A program made the translations under genes and the position numbers. From Candidatus Bathyarchaeia archaeon (GTDB lineage Archaea; Thermoproteota; Bathyarchaeia; Bathyarchaeales; Bathycorpusculaceae), in NCBI GenBank assembly GCA_038883795.1, contig JAVZLK010000014.1, positions 1 through 35,426 of the forward strand: a stretch of 35,426 nt of DNA, given 5' to 3'. The notes under the pieces are model-generated. The model had not been told where the DNA came from. It ran no database searches and saw only the letters and a list, made by a program, of their open reading frames with translations. Position 1 is the stretch's first letter, and each line of letters begins with the position of its first letter. This document shows positions 1-8,256 of this stretch, piece by piece.

Positions 1-1
1 C

Positions 2-817
2 TGCCAAAAATTAGGCGAAGAAAACGGAAGGCCAGCCGAAGAAATCTTTAAAGAATTCTTGGAATTGATGAAGAAGTACGCAGATTTCTTTTTCAGCGAT
101 CCTTGGCCTGAAACGTTGAATAAGTCTTATAGTTTGGAAGGGTTTGTCGGCGATGATTTAAACTTTATAAAAGGCGCCAAAACCTATAGGGAAGAATGTG
201 AACGTTTTACGGTTATATGTTTGAAAAGAAACATAAGCCTTAAAGGCTTTGACGCCGACGGCTTCGAAGAGGATTCTAAATGGTTTGGGAAACTGGCATG
301 CTGGCATTGTGTTGTTCCAGACGCCGTGAACCTTAGAGAGAAAATAGAGAAAGTGGAGGAAGCCATCCGAAAGAACGAGGAAGAAGTGAAGCAAGGCACA
401 GCATCAGAAATTACGAAAGAAATGTACGCCTATTATAGGAAGCCTCATGTTGTAAGGGAGAACAAAATGATGTATGTAGAGCTAAAGCTTTATGAGGATT
501 TAGACCTCGCCGAGGGAAAAAACTGTGATATAAGAAATAAGTATAGGTGTCCATATGGAGAACAGTCAAACGAGCTGGTTGAATGGGGAGGGTTAGCTAG
601 GCTAATCTGGGATGTCATATGGTGGTATGACCGCCATTGGAACCCTAGAGAAGGCTATGAGCCTGGAGAAAGCGAATTAAAGTGGTACCATTACGGTGAG
701 CCAAGCATAATTGAGGTGACAAGCTATGAGGATATTCTTAAAGCATTGGAAAATGGAAGGTTTAAGAGGATACTTGAAGAATACAAAAAATACAGGGAAG
801 AATATAAGGTCATATAA
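2..817 (+). CDS. Hypothetical protein, 5'-truncated by the window edge
   Basis: The frame of ORF 59..817 is open back to position 2 (CQKLGEENGRPAEEIFKEFL...). Charged, Trp/Tyr-rich protein with no family I recognise. Confidence 0.7.
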   Translation, partial: CQKLGEENGRPAEEIFKEFLELMKKYADFFFSDPWPETLNKSYSLEGFVGDDLNFIKGAKTYREECERFTVICLKRNISLKGFDADGFEEDSKWFGKLACWHCVVPDAVNLREKIEKVEEAIRKNEEEVKQGTASEITKEMYAYYRKPHVVRENKMMYVELKLYEDLDLAEGKNCDIRNKYRCPYGEQSNELVEWGGLARLIWDVIWWYDRHWNPREGYEPGESELKWYHYGEPSIIEVTSYEDILKALENGRFKRILEEYKKYREEYKVI

Positions 818-862
818 GGTTAATTTTTATGGTCTTCTCGTTCTTTCAGTGGACGCAAATGT

Positions 863-1309
863 TTAATATGGGAATTCGGCCACGTGATAAGCTTCGATAG
901 GCGGTTTTCTTGATTCAAGTTTTTCTATGAAGTCTTCTTTGTCTAGGGGATACTAGGATGGCGTTTTTGTCTAGGGCTGTTTTAGGTAGATGGCGTCTAT
1001 TACATAAATGTTGTATTCTGCGCAGAGGGGGTAGGCTGATGTGCAGAAGGTCTTGTCGCAGTTTGTTAAGAGTGAAGGATGTATCATTAGGTCTAATTGT
1101 TCTTTTGCCTTGTCTGCCGCTGTTTTTCCAACTTTTCTTGCCAGCGTTCCGCAGACTTCTTGATAGATTATGCTTGGTTCTGTTAGGATGAATTTATCCG
1201 GCACTTTTTCCAGTAGTCCAATGCATTTCGCATTGTAGGGCTCGTCGTGTTTTAATGTGGCTATCAAAACATTTGAGTCTAATGTTAGTAGGCGGCTGGG
1301 CGGATTCAT
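863..1309 (-). pseudogene. vapC: PIN-domain (VapC-like) toxin with two compensating homopolymer indels
   Basis: The N-terminus LTLDSNVLIA and the later DAIYL motif are typical of PIN domains. The called ORF stops at 971. Adding one A in the run near 980-983 and removing one C near 946-949 gives ...DAIYLKTALDKNAILVSLDKEDFIEKLESRKPPIEAYHVAEFPY* (stop 863-865, 148 aa). Confidence 0.75.
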
Positions 1310-1376
1310 GATGCCTTAACCTTCTTGTTTCTTCAAGCACTGTTGGAGGACCAGCCCATTTGTTTGAAGTGAGGCC
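1306..1376 (-). pseudogene. Possible C-terminal remnant of the cognate antitoxin
   Basis: The minus strand immediately upstream of and overlapping the PIN start reads LTSNKWAGPPTVLEETRRLRH, resembling the 'W.Gp..vEeiR..R' tails of archaeal VapB-type antitoxins. No intact N-terminus is visible; the repeat region begins there. Confidence 0.3.
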
Positions 1377-1418
1377 TCACCGGCTGAGTTTCACCGGTGA
1401 GTTGGTGAGTGAGGCTGG

Positions 1419-1758
1419 ATATATATTATACATTTTATAAAAGCCCACTTGGTGAGTAATTCGGTGAACTTAACTGATGAGCTCATTTTTATGATATTTC
1501 ATTAGGTTTTAGATGGCTTTACGATGGGGGACTCCTTGGTGGACTCTATGTGGACTCCTCTGTGGAGTTGCTGGCAAGTTGCTGCGGAAGTTGGTGAGGA
1601 AGTTGCTGGAGAGTTGCTGTGGAGTTGCTATAGAAACCCGATATATCCATTATATGGAAGTCTACTTGGTGAAAAACTTGACAAGCAAACTCTATGAGCA
1701 ACTTGGTGAACTTAACCAATGAAACTCATTTGGTGAAATATTTAATTAAGTTCTTAGA
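1419..1758. repeat. Two imperfect ~100-bp direct repeats (~1419-1512 and ~1641-1758) flanking the tandem array
   Basis: GGTGAACTTAAC is identical at 1463-1474 and 1705-1716, and both copies continue ..ATGA..CTCATTT...TAG/AAG.T.TTAGA. ACTTGGTGA occurs at 1447, 1664 and 1701. TTGGTGA occurs six times between 1402 and 1736. Confidence 0.6.
1529..1631. repeat. Degenerate tandem array of nine ~11-12-bp units (GGACTC.../(G/A)AGTTGCTG...)
   Basis: ACTC/AGTT cores start at 1531, 1543, 1554, 1566, 1577, 1589, 1601, 1612 and 1623 (spacings 12,11,12,11,12,12,11,11). Confidence 0.75.
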
Positions 1759-2042
1759 ATTTTTGGCGATATGTTTTGGGAAAAGCTTTACAATAGGCTT
1801 TTAAGTCTTTTAGTCCATCTTCGCCCGTTGATGTTGGAGCTCTATTTTGTAGCCATGGCAAAATTGTGATGTTCCGGCGGTTCGCATTTAAATCACGGTT
1901 AGAAGGGGTTTGAGATTTTATGCGGCGCATGTTAGTAGCTGCTAGGATTGACTGTTGGCTGAATTTTGTTCGTAAACTGTGGACAAATGTATTAGTTCTA
2001 TTGTCGCACTGCCCTCAAATGTTTATTTTTAACGTCTAATTC

Positions 2043-5000
2043 TTAAATAGATGTGGTTAAGAATGCGAATTTTAGCTGGTAAACGCCATTTGCTTCTTCC
2101 GTGTATGCTAAACCGATGATATTGTTGTAGCTTTGGAAAAATCCTGATATCCCGTCATATTGGTAGTAGCCTGCTAAGTTGCTTTCGATTATCCATGGAT
2201 TTGAGCCTTCGACGAAATTCCATGTTGAACCGTTATAAACTTTGTAGTAGATGCAGTTTGCTGTTGGGGCGCCTGCCCAAAAGCAATAGAGTTTGTTTGT
2301 CGCCACATCAATGGTTAGGACGGGGGATGTTTCGCTGGTTACTGCGGGCTGGACTATAGTTTCTGGTCCCCAAGAATTTAAATCATAGCTGTATTTTGTG
2401 TAGACAAGGTCGTGGGTTAAATCTTTTATGAAGACTAGGTGGACGTCGTCGCCTTGATTTACGGCAGATAAACCGCATTCAATAATTCCATCGCTTGTTA
2501 TTGCGCTTCTTGTAGTTTGTTTTTCGCTCCATGAAGAGCCGTTCCATAGGTAAGATTCAATTTGCCATCCACCACATGAGACTATGGCCAGCATTTTTTG
2601 ATTTGTTAATGGCACAATCATAACGTTTATTCCTGTATAGTTGGTTGGGGATAACTGATGTGGAAATCCTGGTGCAGTTATCCATGTTCCGTTAGAGGTT
2701 AAAGATGTTGTTATGAAGGCGTATCGGCTATTTTCAGTAGCGTTTTTTCGAGCGTAAGCCACCCAAGGTCTTCCTTCGCTGTCAATTGCGATTGAAGGCC
2801 ATAGATGTCCCGTATCACTTTCGCCAACAGTGATGTTTTGCTCATCGTCTAACCACGTTATTGTTCCATCGGCATTCGGCAATCCACACCTATAATATAA
2901 CGGGTCGCCGTTTTTCCCTGTGCTAAAAACGTAATGTAAGTGGGTTCCGTTGAAGGCGACGGCGAACCGCCATCCAGCACCGCAAGCTTTGGGTGAAAAT
3001 GGTGTGAAAGGCGTCCATGAGAAACTATCAGTTGAGGTGCTATATCCTGCACTGCTTGCGCCGTTGTAGTAGAATACCCAGAATCTTCCATTAGCGTAAA
3101 AGATTTTTCTTTGGCAAGCATATTCGACAGCTGCATATCCATAAGTTGTCAATGTTGCAATGGTGCTTTGATTCCCTGAAATTGTTAGAATTTGTATTCC
3201 AGTGGATGTCCAATTTCCTGCTGTGTTGTTTGCCCAAATACACCATTGAACCACCGCACCTATTGTGCTATTAAGGATTTTTACTATGGATGCTAGGGCA
3301 AAGGTTTTTCCTTCGCCGAAAGAAAATGTTTCGTTTACCCATACTCCTGTGTTGTTTGTGCCGAAAATATAGTGGCTGAGGTTACTGTTTTCAGCTATAA
3401 ATACTGCACTGAAATTACAAGGCGCTGCAGCTTTTGTAGTGTTTAAACTTATTTCGGAAACTTTTATGGAAGGAATTTGTGCAAGCACCGCCGTTATGGT
3501 TTTGTTTCCGTCTATAATTATAACTGCTGGATTTTGACTTCCAGAAAGATTACCGCTCCACCCTACGAAGGACCAGCCCGAAGCTGGAACCGCTGTTAGT
3601 TCAACAACATCGCCATAATAATATGGCGCTGTCTTGTTAAGGTTAACCGTTCCGCCTTCAGAGGGCGACCAGTTTATTGTTAATGTGTACTCGTTGGGGG
3701 CGAAGAACACTACTATTGTGCGGTTAGCATTTATGGAGTAGAACGTGTACGTGCCTATTGGTCCTTGGGATACGTCGTCAACAACCACATCGTATATGTG
3801 GTAGCCTACTTCTTGCGTGATTGCGAATGTTATGTTTTCGCCATAATAGGCGGTTATTAGGCCGGATGGTTGTATTGTGCCGCCAGTGCCTATTACTGAA
3901 GCATTTATGACGTATTGTTTAGGCGCAAAGTGAACTGTGATAGTCATGTTTTTGGTCATGGTTATTGTTATTGATATTTCATTACTTTCGAAGTCTCCAG
4001 TCCAGCCGACAAACTCGTAGCCTTCATCTGGAAAGGCTGTCAAAGTGACATTTTCACCTTGTTTATAGGCGGCTTTTTCCGGGTTTATGTATACTGATCC
4101 GTTGCCGTCAATTGTTATGGTCAGTAGGTAGGTTTCTTCAAATATCTCTTCTTCTGGTCCTATTGTGTAGAATACTGATGGATTAAGCTGGTTATTATAT
4201 TCTGTTAGTATCCAAACTGCGCTACGTGTAATGTTTGACACCCTAACTTCATCGATGAAGCCATAGAACTTGCGCACATGATCGTAGCGGTCGCCAATAT
4301 ACATGTTTCGGGATGGCCAAATGGGGTTTGAAGCGGGAGTAGAGGCTGGAGATCCGTCATTGACATATAGCTTAGCGGTTGTGCCGTCGAAGGTTGCCAC
4401 GACGTAGTACCATTTGTTAATGGTTATGGATTTGGAAACCATAATGTTGTTGATATATAATTCGATTCTGCTATCGCTGTAGACTTGCAGGAATGCACCC
4501 TGATATGGACTCTGGTATTGAGAAATGAAGTAGCGTGCGCCAGGTTTTGGATAAATCCAAGCGCTGAAAGTGAATTGTATTTCGGTAGTGAAGATCCGTG
4601 GCAGCTGGATGTAGCCGCCGTTGAATTTAACGCAGTTTCCTATGTATCCCATCGTACCTTGGACTAGACTGCCGTATGGTGTACCATTGTTATCGTTTAT
4701 TGTGGAATCGTAGAGTATTTCTGATCCCTCGTTTAAGTGCATTACAAGTTTGTAGTTTGTATCCCATACTCCTGTTGAATTCTGTTGGTTTCCACAGTTT
4801 TGGTTTCCATAGTACATGTAAAGAACAGTGTCCGTTATAGGAGACAAGTATGGTGCTTTAACCCAAACGATTAAGTGTCCCGTTGCACTATCATAAAGCT
4901 CTATTTGATGATCTAGTTTGATGTGGTTCGCATCTGTGAAAACGAAGTCATCTCCGTCTGGCTGTGCCTTTTCAGTGAAGCTGCTGTCAATTATTTCGAT

Positions 5001-5066
5001 TAGCACTGGGAAGTCTGTTAGTTCTCCGCCTACTTTTGTGTGATTTATTGTTATTGTTCTACGGTA
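2043..5066 (-). CDS. C-terminal half of the interrupted giant surface protein: DUF2341-type module, LamG/concanavalin-like domain, three InlB-B/bacterial-repeat Ig-like units, C-terminal beta-propeller-like region
   Basis: The frame of ORF 2043..5006 stays open up to 5069 and reads YRRTITINHTKVGGELTDFPVLIEII. It contains DUF2341 motifs (AQPDGDDFVFTD, LDHQIE, VWVKAP, LYMYYGN) and LamG motifs (FTFSAWI, WYYVVATFDG, GFIDEVRVS). It has no signal peptide of its own. Confidence 0.9.
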   Translation of the reverse strand, partial: YRRTITINHTKVGGELTDFPVLIEIIDSSFTEKAQPDGDDFVFTDANHIKLDHQIELYDSATGHLIVWVKAPYLSPITDTVLYMYYGNQNCGNQQNSTGVWDTNYKLVMHLNEGSEILYDSTINDNNGTPYGSLVQGTMGYIGNCVKFNGGYIQLPRIFTTEIQFTFSAWIYPKPGARYFISQYQSPYQGAFLQVYSDSRIELYINNIMVSKSITINKWYYVVATFDGTTAKLYVNDGSPASTPASNPIWPSRNMYIGDRYDHVRKFYGFIDEVRVSNITRSAVWILTEYNNQLNPSVFYTIGPEEEIFEETYLLTITIDGNGSVYINPEKAAYKQGENVTLTAFPDEGYEFVGWTGDFESNEISITITMTKNMTITVHFAPKQYVINASVIGTGGTIQPSGLITAYYGENITFAITQEVGYHIYDVVVDDVSQGPIGTYTFYSINANRTIVVFFAPNEYTLTINWSPSEGGTVNLNKTAPYYYGDVVELTAVPASGWSFVGWSGNLSGSQNPAVIIIDGNKTITAVLAQIPSIKVSEISLNTTKAAAPCNFSAVFIAENSNLSHYIFGTNNTGVWVNETFSFGEGKTFALASIVKILNSTIGAVVQWCIWANNTAGNWTSTGIQILTISGNQSTIATLTTYGYAAVEYACQRKIFYANGRFWVFYYNGASSAGYSTSTDSFSWTPFTPFSPKACGAGWRFAVAFNGTHLHYVFSTGKNGDPLYYRCGLPNADGTITWLDDEQNITVGESDTGHLWPSIAIDSEGRPWVAYARKNATENSRYAFITTSLTSNGTWITAPGFPHQLSPTNYTGINVMIVPLTNQKMLAIVSCGGWQIESYLWNGSSWSEKQTTRSAITSDGIIECGLSAVNQGDDVHLVFIKDLTHDLVYTKYSYDLNSWGPETIVQPAVTSETSPVLTIDVATNKLYCFWAGAPTANCIYYKVYNGSTWNFVEGSNPWIIESNLAGYYQYDGISGFFQSYNNIIGLAYTEEANGVYQLKFAFLTTSI

Positions 5067-5083
5067 GGTTCACTTAGTAGTTA
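5059..5083. repeat. Left attachment site (attL): core CTACGG(TA) plus arm TAGGTTCACTTAGTAGTTA
   Basis: The core at 5059-5066 is repeated at 9876-9883. Arm 5065-5083 matches the reverse complement of 9857-9875 at 16/19 positions. Confidence 0.88.
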
Positions 5084-5097
5084 GAAAACTATAAATA
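5084..5097 (+). promoter_or_regulatory. Putative archaeal BRE/TATA promoter of the first recombinase
   Basis: GAAAAC-TATAAATA, with the TATA at 5090-5097, ~35 bp upstream of ATG 5133 and immediately inside the left arm. Confidence 0.5.
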
Positions 5098-5132
5098 CGG
5101 ATTCCGACAGAGACTAGGCTAGGTAAGGAAAA

Positions 5133-6440
5133 ATGGAAAACGTAACAAAGTGGTTAATGAAAGTGTCCAATTCAAAGGCTACCGTAAGTAACTATGAATA
5201 TCGCATTAGAAAATTTGCGTCATATATGAAGGAGCATTTCAACATTGACATAGAAACATTGAAGGATGCATATCGAGAAGCTAAGTATAAGGGTGAAATT
5301 GAAAGAGAGAAATTCTTAGATAGGCTACATGATGCGATTGAGGATTATGTTTGTTTCTTTAAGACGCAGGGCTATACCAATATGCACGTTAAAGTTATGG
5401 TTTCGATAATCTCTAGCTACATAAAGAAGGGATGCGGAATAAGAGATATTGACATAGATATACCGAAAAGACCTTTCCCAATATATCATAACCGAGACAT
5501 AACAAAAGAAGAGATTAGAAAAATCCTAGAGCATTGTTCACTTAGAGACCGTGCATTCTTTCTAATGATGGTTGAAAGCGGATTAAGACCTAGCACACTT
5601 CTAGGCTTACGTTATAAGCATATCAAACAAGACTTTGAAAGAAACATTATTCCAATGAAGATAGAGTTACCTTCAGAATTGTTGAAAGACCGCATAAGTG
5701 CAAGATGGAGTTTCATAGGTGAAGACGGCTTTAAAGTATTGAAGGAATATCTTAGCGCACGAAAAGACATAGGTGATAACGATTTCTTATTCTTACCTGA
5801 AAAGCCTAGTAGAGTAAAAGCTGAAGTTCCTAGCGAATCTGCAATGAGCAACAAATTTAACCGAATAGTGTTAAAACTAGGCTTAGACACGCCATTACAT
5901 AAAGGAAAACCCAAAAGCCTAAGGTTGTATAGCTTACGCAAATATTTCTTTAACAATATGAAGTGTGATAGTGCATACCGAAACTATTGGTTCTGTCATA
6001 AAAGCATTGATGACCACTACATAAGTCAAGACGTGCAAAAACATAGAGAAGAGTATGCCAAAGGCTACAAGTTTCTAAGAATTTATGAACCTAGCGATAT
6101 AGATGTGCGTATTGAGGCTTTAACTAGAGAATTAAAGGAAAAACATCAGAGAATACAAGAATTAGAAGAGAAGTTTGAAAGGTTACAACCATTGATAGAC
6201 TTTGTTAATGAATTTTTCAATGAGACGACTCTATCACAGTTTCTTAACGATATAAAGAATGTAGATGTCTTGAGTGTTGAAAAAAAGAATGGTGAAGGAA
6301 TTTCGTTTATGAATTTGAGTCGCCAAACTGTGAAGCTTTTAGCGGAATTTATGAAAAGGCATAACATAAGTGATCCTGACGAAGCATTAAATACCCTCTT
6401 TAGAATGGTAATAGAATCAAAGAAACAACAACAACCTTAA
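5133..6440 (+). CDS. Tyrosine recombinase/integrase 1 (XerC/D-like) with C-terminal coiled coil and RHH-like tail
   Basis: N-terminal SAM-like region (SKATVSNYEYRIRKF). Catalytic motifs are LRDRA...ESGLRPS (Arg), YSLRKYF (YxxR in place of HxxR) and WFCHKSIDDHY (His, Tyr). Confidence 0.9.
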   Translation: MENVTKWLMKVSNSKATVSNYEYRIRKFASYMKEHFNIDIETLKDAYREAKYKGEIEREKFLDRLHDAIEDYVCFFKTQGYTNMHVKVMVSIISSYIKKGCGIRDIDIDIPKRPFPIYHNRDITKEEIRKILEHCSLRDRAFFLMMVESGLRPSTLLGLRYKHIKQDFERNIIPMKIELPSELLKDRISARWSFIGEDGFKVLKEYLSARKDIGDNDFLFLPEKPSRVKAEVPSESAMSNKFNRIVLKLGLDTPLHKGKPKSLRLYSLRKYFFNNMKCDSAYRNYWFCHKSIDDHYISQDVQKHREEYAKGYKFLRIYEPSDIDVRIEALTRELKEKHQRIQELEEKFERLQPLIDFVNEFFNETTLSQFLNDIKNVDVLSVEKKNGEGISFMNLSRQTVKLLAEFMKRHNISDPDEALNTLFRMVIESKKQQQP

Positions 6441-6462
6441 CCTTCTCTTTTTTCTTTTGTTT
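6441..6462 (+). terminator. T-rich archaeal-type terminator candidate
   Basis: CCTTCTCTTTTTTCTTTTGTTT directly follows the integrase 1 stop codon. Confidence 0.4.
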
Positions 6463-6507
6463 CGTAAGAGTTCATACTTAAATATTGAATCTTTCATAAT
6501 AACAATT

Positions 6508-6693
6508 ATGCAATATAGACTAAACAAAAAAAACTTTACTAGACTGCAGAATAAGTTTATGCCTTTCAAATGTTATCGGTGTGGAAGACGGTTTAAAATT
6601 GGCGACTTTATTATATCTAAACGGAATGCAAGGGCGAAACATAGAAAGTTTTATCACTATTCCTGCTTCGAATCTTTATATTTGGAGGCGTAA
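6508..6693 (+). CDS. Small basic Zn-finger protein (CxxC...HxxC)
   Basis: KCYRCGRRF...FYHYSCF. ATG 6508 is a more plausible start than TTG 6457. The stop lies 3 bp before the next ORF. Confidence 0.7.
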   Translation: MQYRLNKKNFTRLQNKFMPFKCYRCGRRFKIGDFIISKRNARAKHRKFYHYSCFESLYLEA

Positions 6694-6696
6694 GAG

Positions 6697-7140
6697 TTGA
6701 GTGAGTTTCAACTTCCAAATTTAACCATAAAAGACAAAATCAACTATCCATACATTTTGGCTAATGCACTTCTAAAGTTTCAAGAGGCTATCATTAAAGC
6801 TGAAGGAGAACTAAGCGAGCAAGAGGTTAGAGAAGCGGCATTATGCCTTTTTAACATGATTCCTAAAACTTGGTATGATGAAAAATTCATAAAAGACGTA
6901 AAAAAGGCTACGTTTAAAGTGAAAGTTGATGTTCGTAAAGAATGGTGTGGTGTAAAGGTTGGACAACCAAAATATGAAAAGGTTGAAGAGATTAACCCTT
7001 ATAGGCTTGTCAATGCTTGCGTGAATCTTTTAGAACGTAGAGAACTTATTTCTAAGAAAGAAAGAATTGAGAAGGTGGAAGGTGTTTACATTGAGCCTGA
7101 CGGAGAGTTTGAAGAGCCTACGGAAGAAGTCAGCACCTAG
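6697..7140 (+). CDS. Hypothetical protein (element-encoded, acidic C-tail)
   Basis: 147-aa ORF with GGAGG ~8 bp upstream of the TTG start; tightly packed in an operon with the Zn-finger and ATPase genes. Confidence 0.75.
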   Translation: MSEFQLPNLTIKDKINYPYILANALLKFQEAIIKAEGELSEQEVREAALCLFNMIPKTWYDEKFIKDVKKATFKVKVDVRKEWCGVKVGQPKYEKVEEINPYRLVNACVNLLERRELISKKERIEKVEGVYIEPDGEFEEPTEEVST

Positions 7141-7144
7141 CTAC

Positions 7145-8053
7145 ATGAATTTTCACGGTTTCAAAGTTTTTAGAGATGCGGATAGAGGATATTCACCTTA
7201 CTTTCAAAGTATGCTAGCCTATCGGATTAAAAGAAAATTGGCAACTAACATAGTTGTTACGGGTGAAGCTGGAATCGGCAAAAGCTATTTGGCTACGGAT
7301 ATCGCTAGAATCATCGAAGGCTTAGACGAGAATGGAAATGATAGGTTTAGCCTAGACCAGGTAGTATTCACTTATGCCGAGTTTATGGATTTGGTTCTAG
7401 AGTTAGAGCATGGAAGACCTATCGTTTTTGATGAGCCTAGTTATGCTATGGGTAAGCGTGAGTGGTATAGGGATTTGAATAAGGTTCTAGTTCAAACCAT
7501 TGAATCTTTTCGGTTTAAAGTGCATCCGTTAATCATTCCAATAATCAATAAGAGCCTTTTAGACAAGACGTTGAGAGAACATTTAATTCAATATCAAGTT
7601 GTGGTTTATGATAGAGGTAAAGCTACGGTTTACCGTGTTAAGCCTTCCCAATTTATTGACCGAGTCTATTATGCCTATTTCTGCAAGCTAGAGTATAGCC
7701 TATTGGATATGCACTTATGCAACCGTGAATCATGCCTAGACTGTAGCCAACTGGCGACTTGTAACATCTTTAGGGCTAGGTATGAACGTAAAAAGGCAAG
7801 CATACAAGACACAAGATACGAGCAGGCAAGAGACCAGGCGGCACAAGTTGAAACTAGGAAGCTAACGGTTTCTCAATTGGAGAACCTAGCTTTATCCATA
7901 AAAGACAAGTTCATTGAAAACGGCAAGCTGTCGGTTCAGAAACTACGAGTAGCAATGATGGACACATACGGAATAAGCCTATCTAATCCTAAGGCATATC
8001 AGTTGAAAGCTAGCCTAGAAATCCACTATGGAAACAAACTATACGAAAGTTAG
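7145..8053 (+). CDS. P-loop NTPase (Zot-like/virus-associated AAA-type) with a Cys cluster
   Basis: Walker A GEAGIGKS, Walker B PIVFDE, and the Cys motif CNRESCLDCSQLATC. ATG 7145 lies 4 bp after the upstream stop and is preferred over the overlapping 7067 start. Confidence 0.85.
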   Translation: MNFHGFKVFRDADRGYSPYFQSMLAYRIKRKLATNIVVTGEAGIGKSYLATDIARIIEGLDENGNDRFSLDQVVFTYAEFMDLVLELEHGRPIVFDEPSYAMGKREWYRDLNKVLVQTIESFRFKVHPLIIPIINKSLLDKTLREHLIQYQVVVYDRGKATVYRVKPSQFIDRVYYAYFCKLEYSLLDMHLCNRESCLDCSQLATCNIFRARYERKKASIQDTRYEQARDQAAQVETRKLTVSQLENLALSIKDKFIENGKLSVQKLRVAMMDTYGISLSNPKAYQLKASLEIHYGNKLYES

Positions 8054-8256
8054 CACTATAATTATCATTTTTCTTTTCACCATCTTTTCATTAAGTTTTA
8101 AACACTAGCTTTTCTAACATTCAAATAGAGAGAAAAGAAGGCTAAACAATAATTATATGTTGAACTTGTCTGTTTAATTAATCATAATAGTTATAAGTTA
8201 GAAGGGGCATTTTTCTTCTGGATTGAGTTAGAAATCTAGGCAAAGGTGAGAGTATA

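Noticed and set aside
1529-1631. CRISPR array
   Set aside because: The units are only 11-12 bp, degenerate and contiguous, with no unique spacers and no cas genes.
1513-1722. 69-aa ORF on +
   Set aside because: It runs through the repeat array, whose 11/12-bp period is not codon-phased, and the product is low-complexity.
2043-5006. Independent gene starting at GTG 5006
   Set aside because: The frame continues upstream to the att core, there is no signal peptide, and the start falls inside a conserved DUF2341-type motif. It is the 3' half of the split gene.
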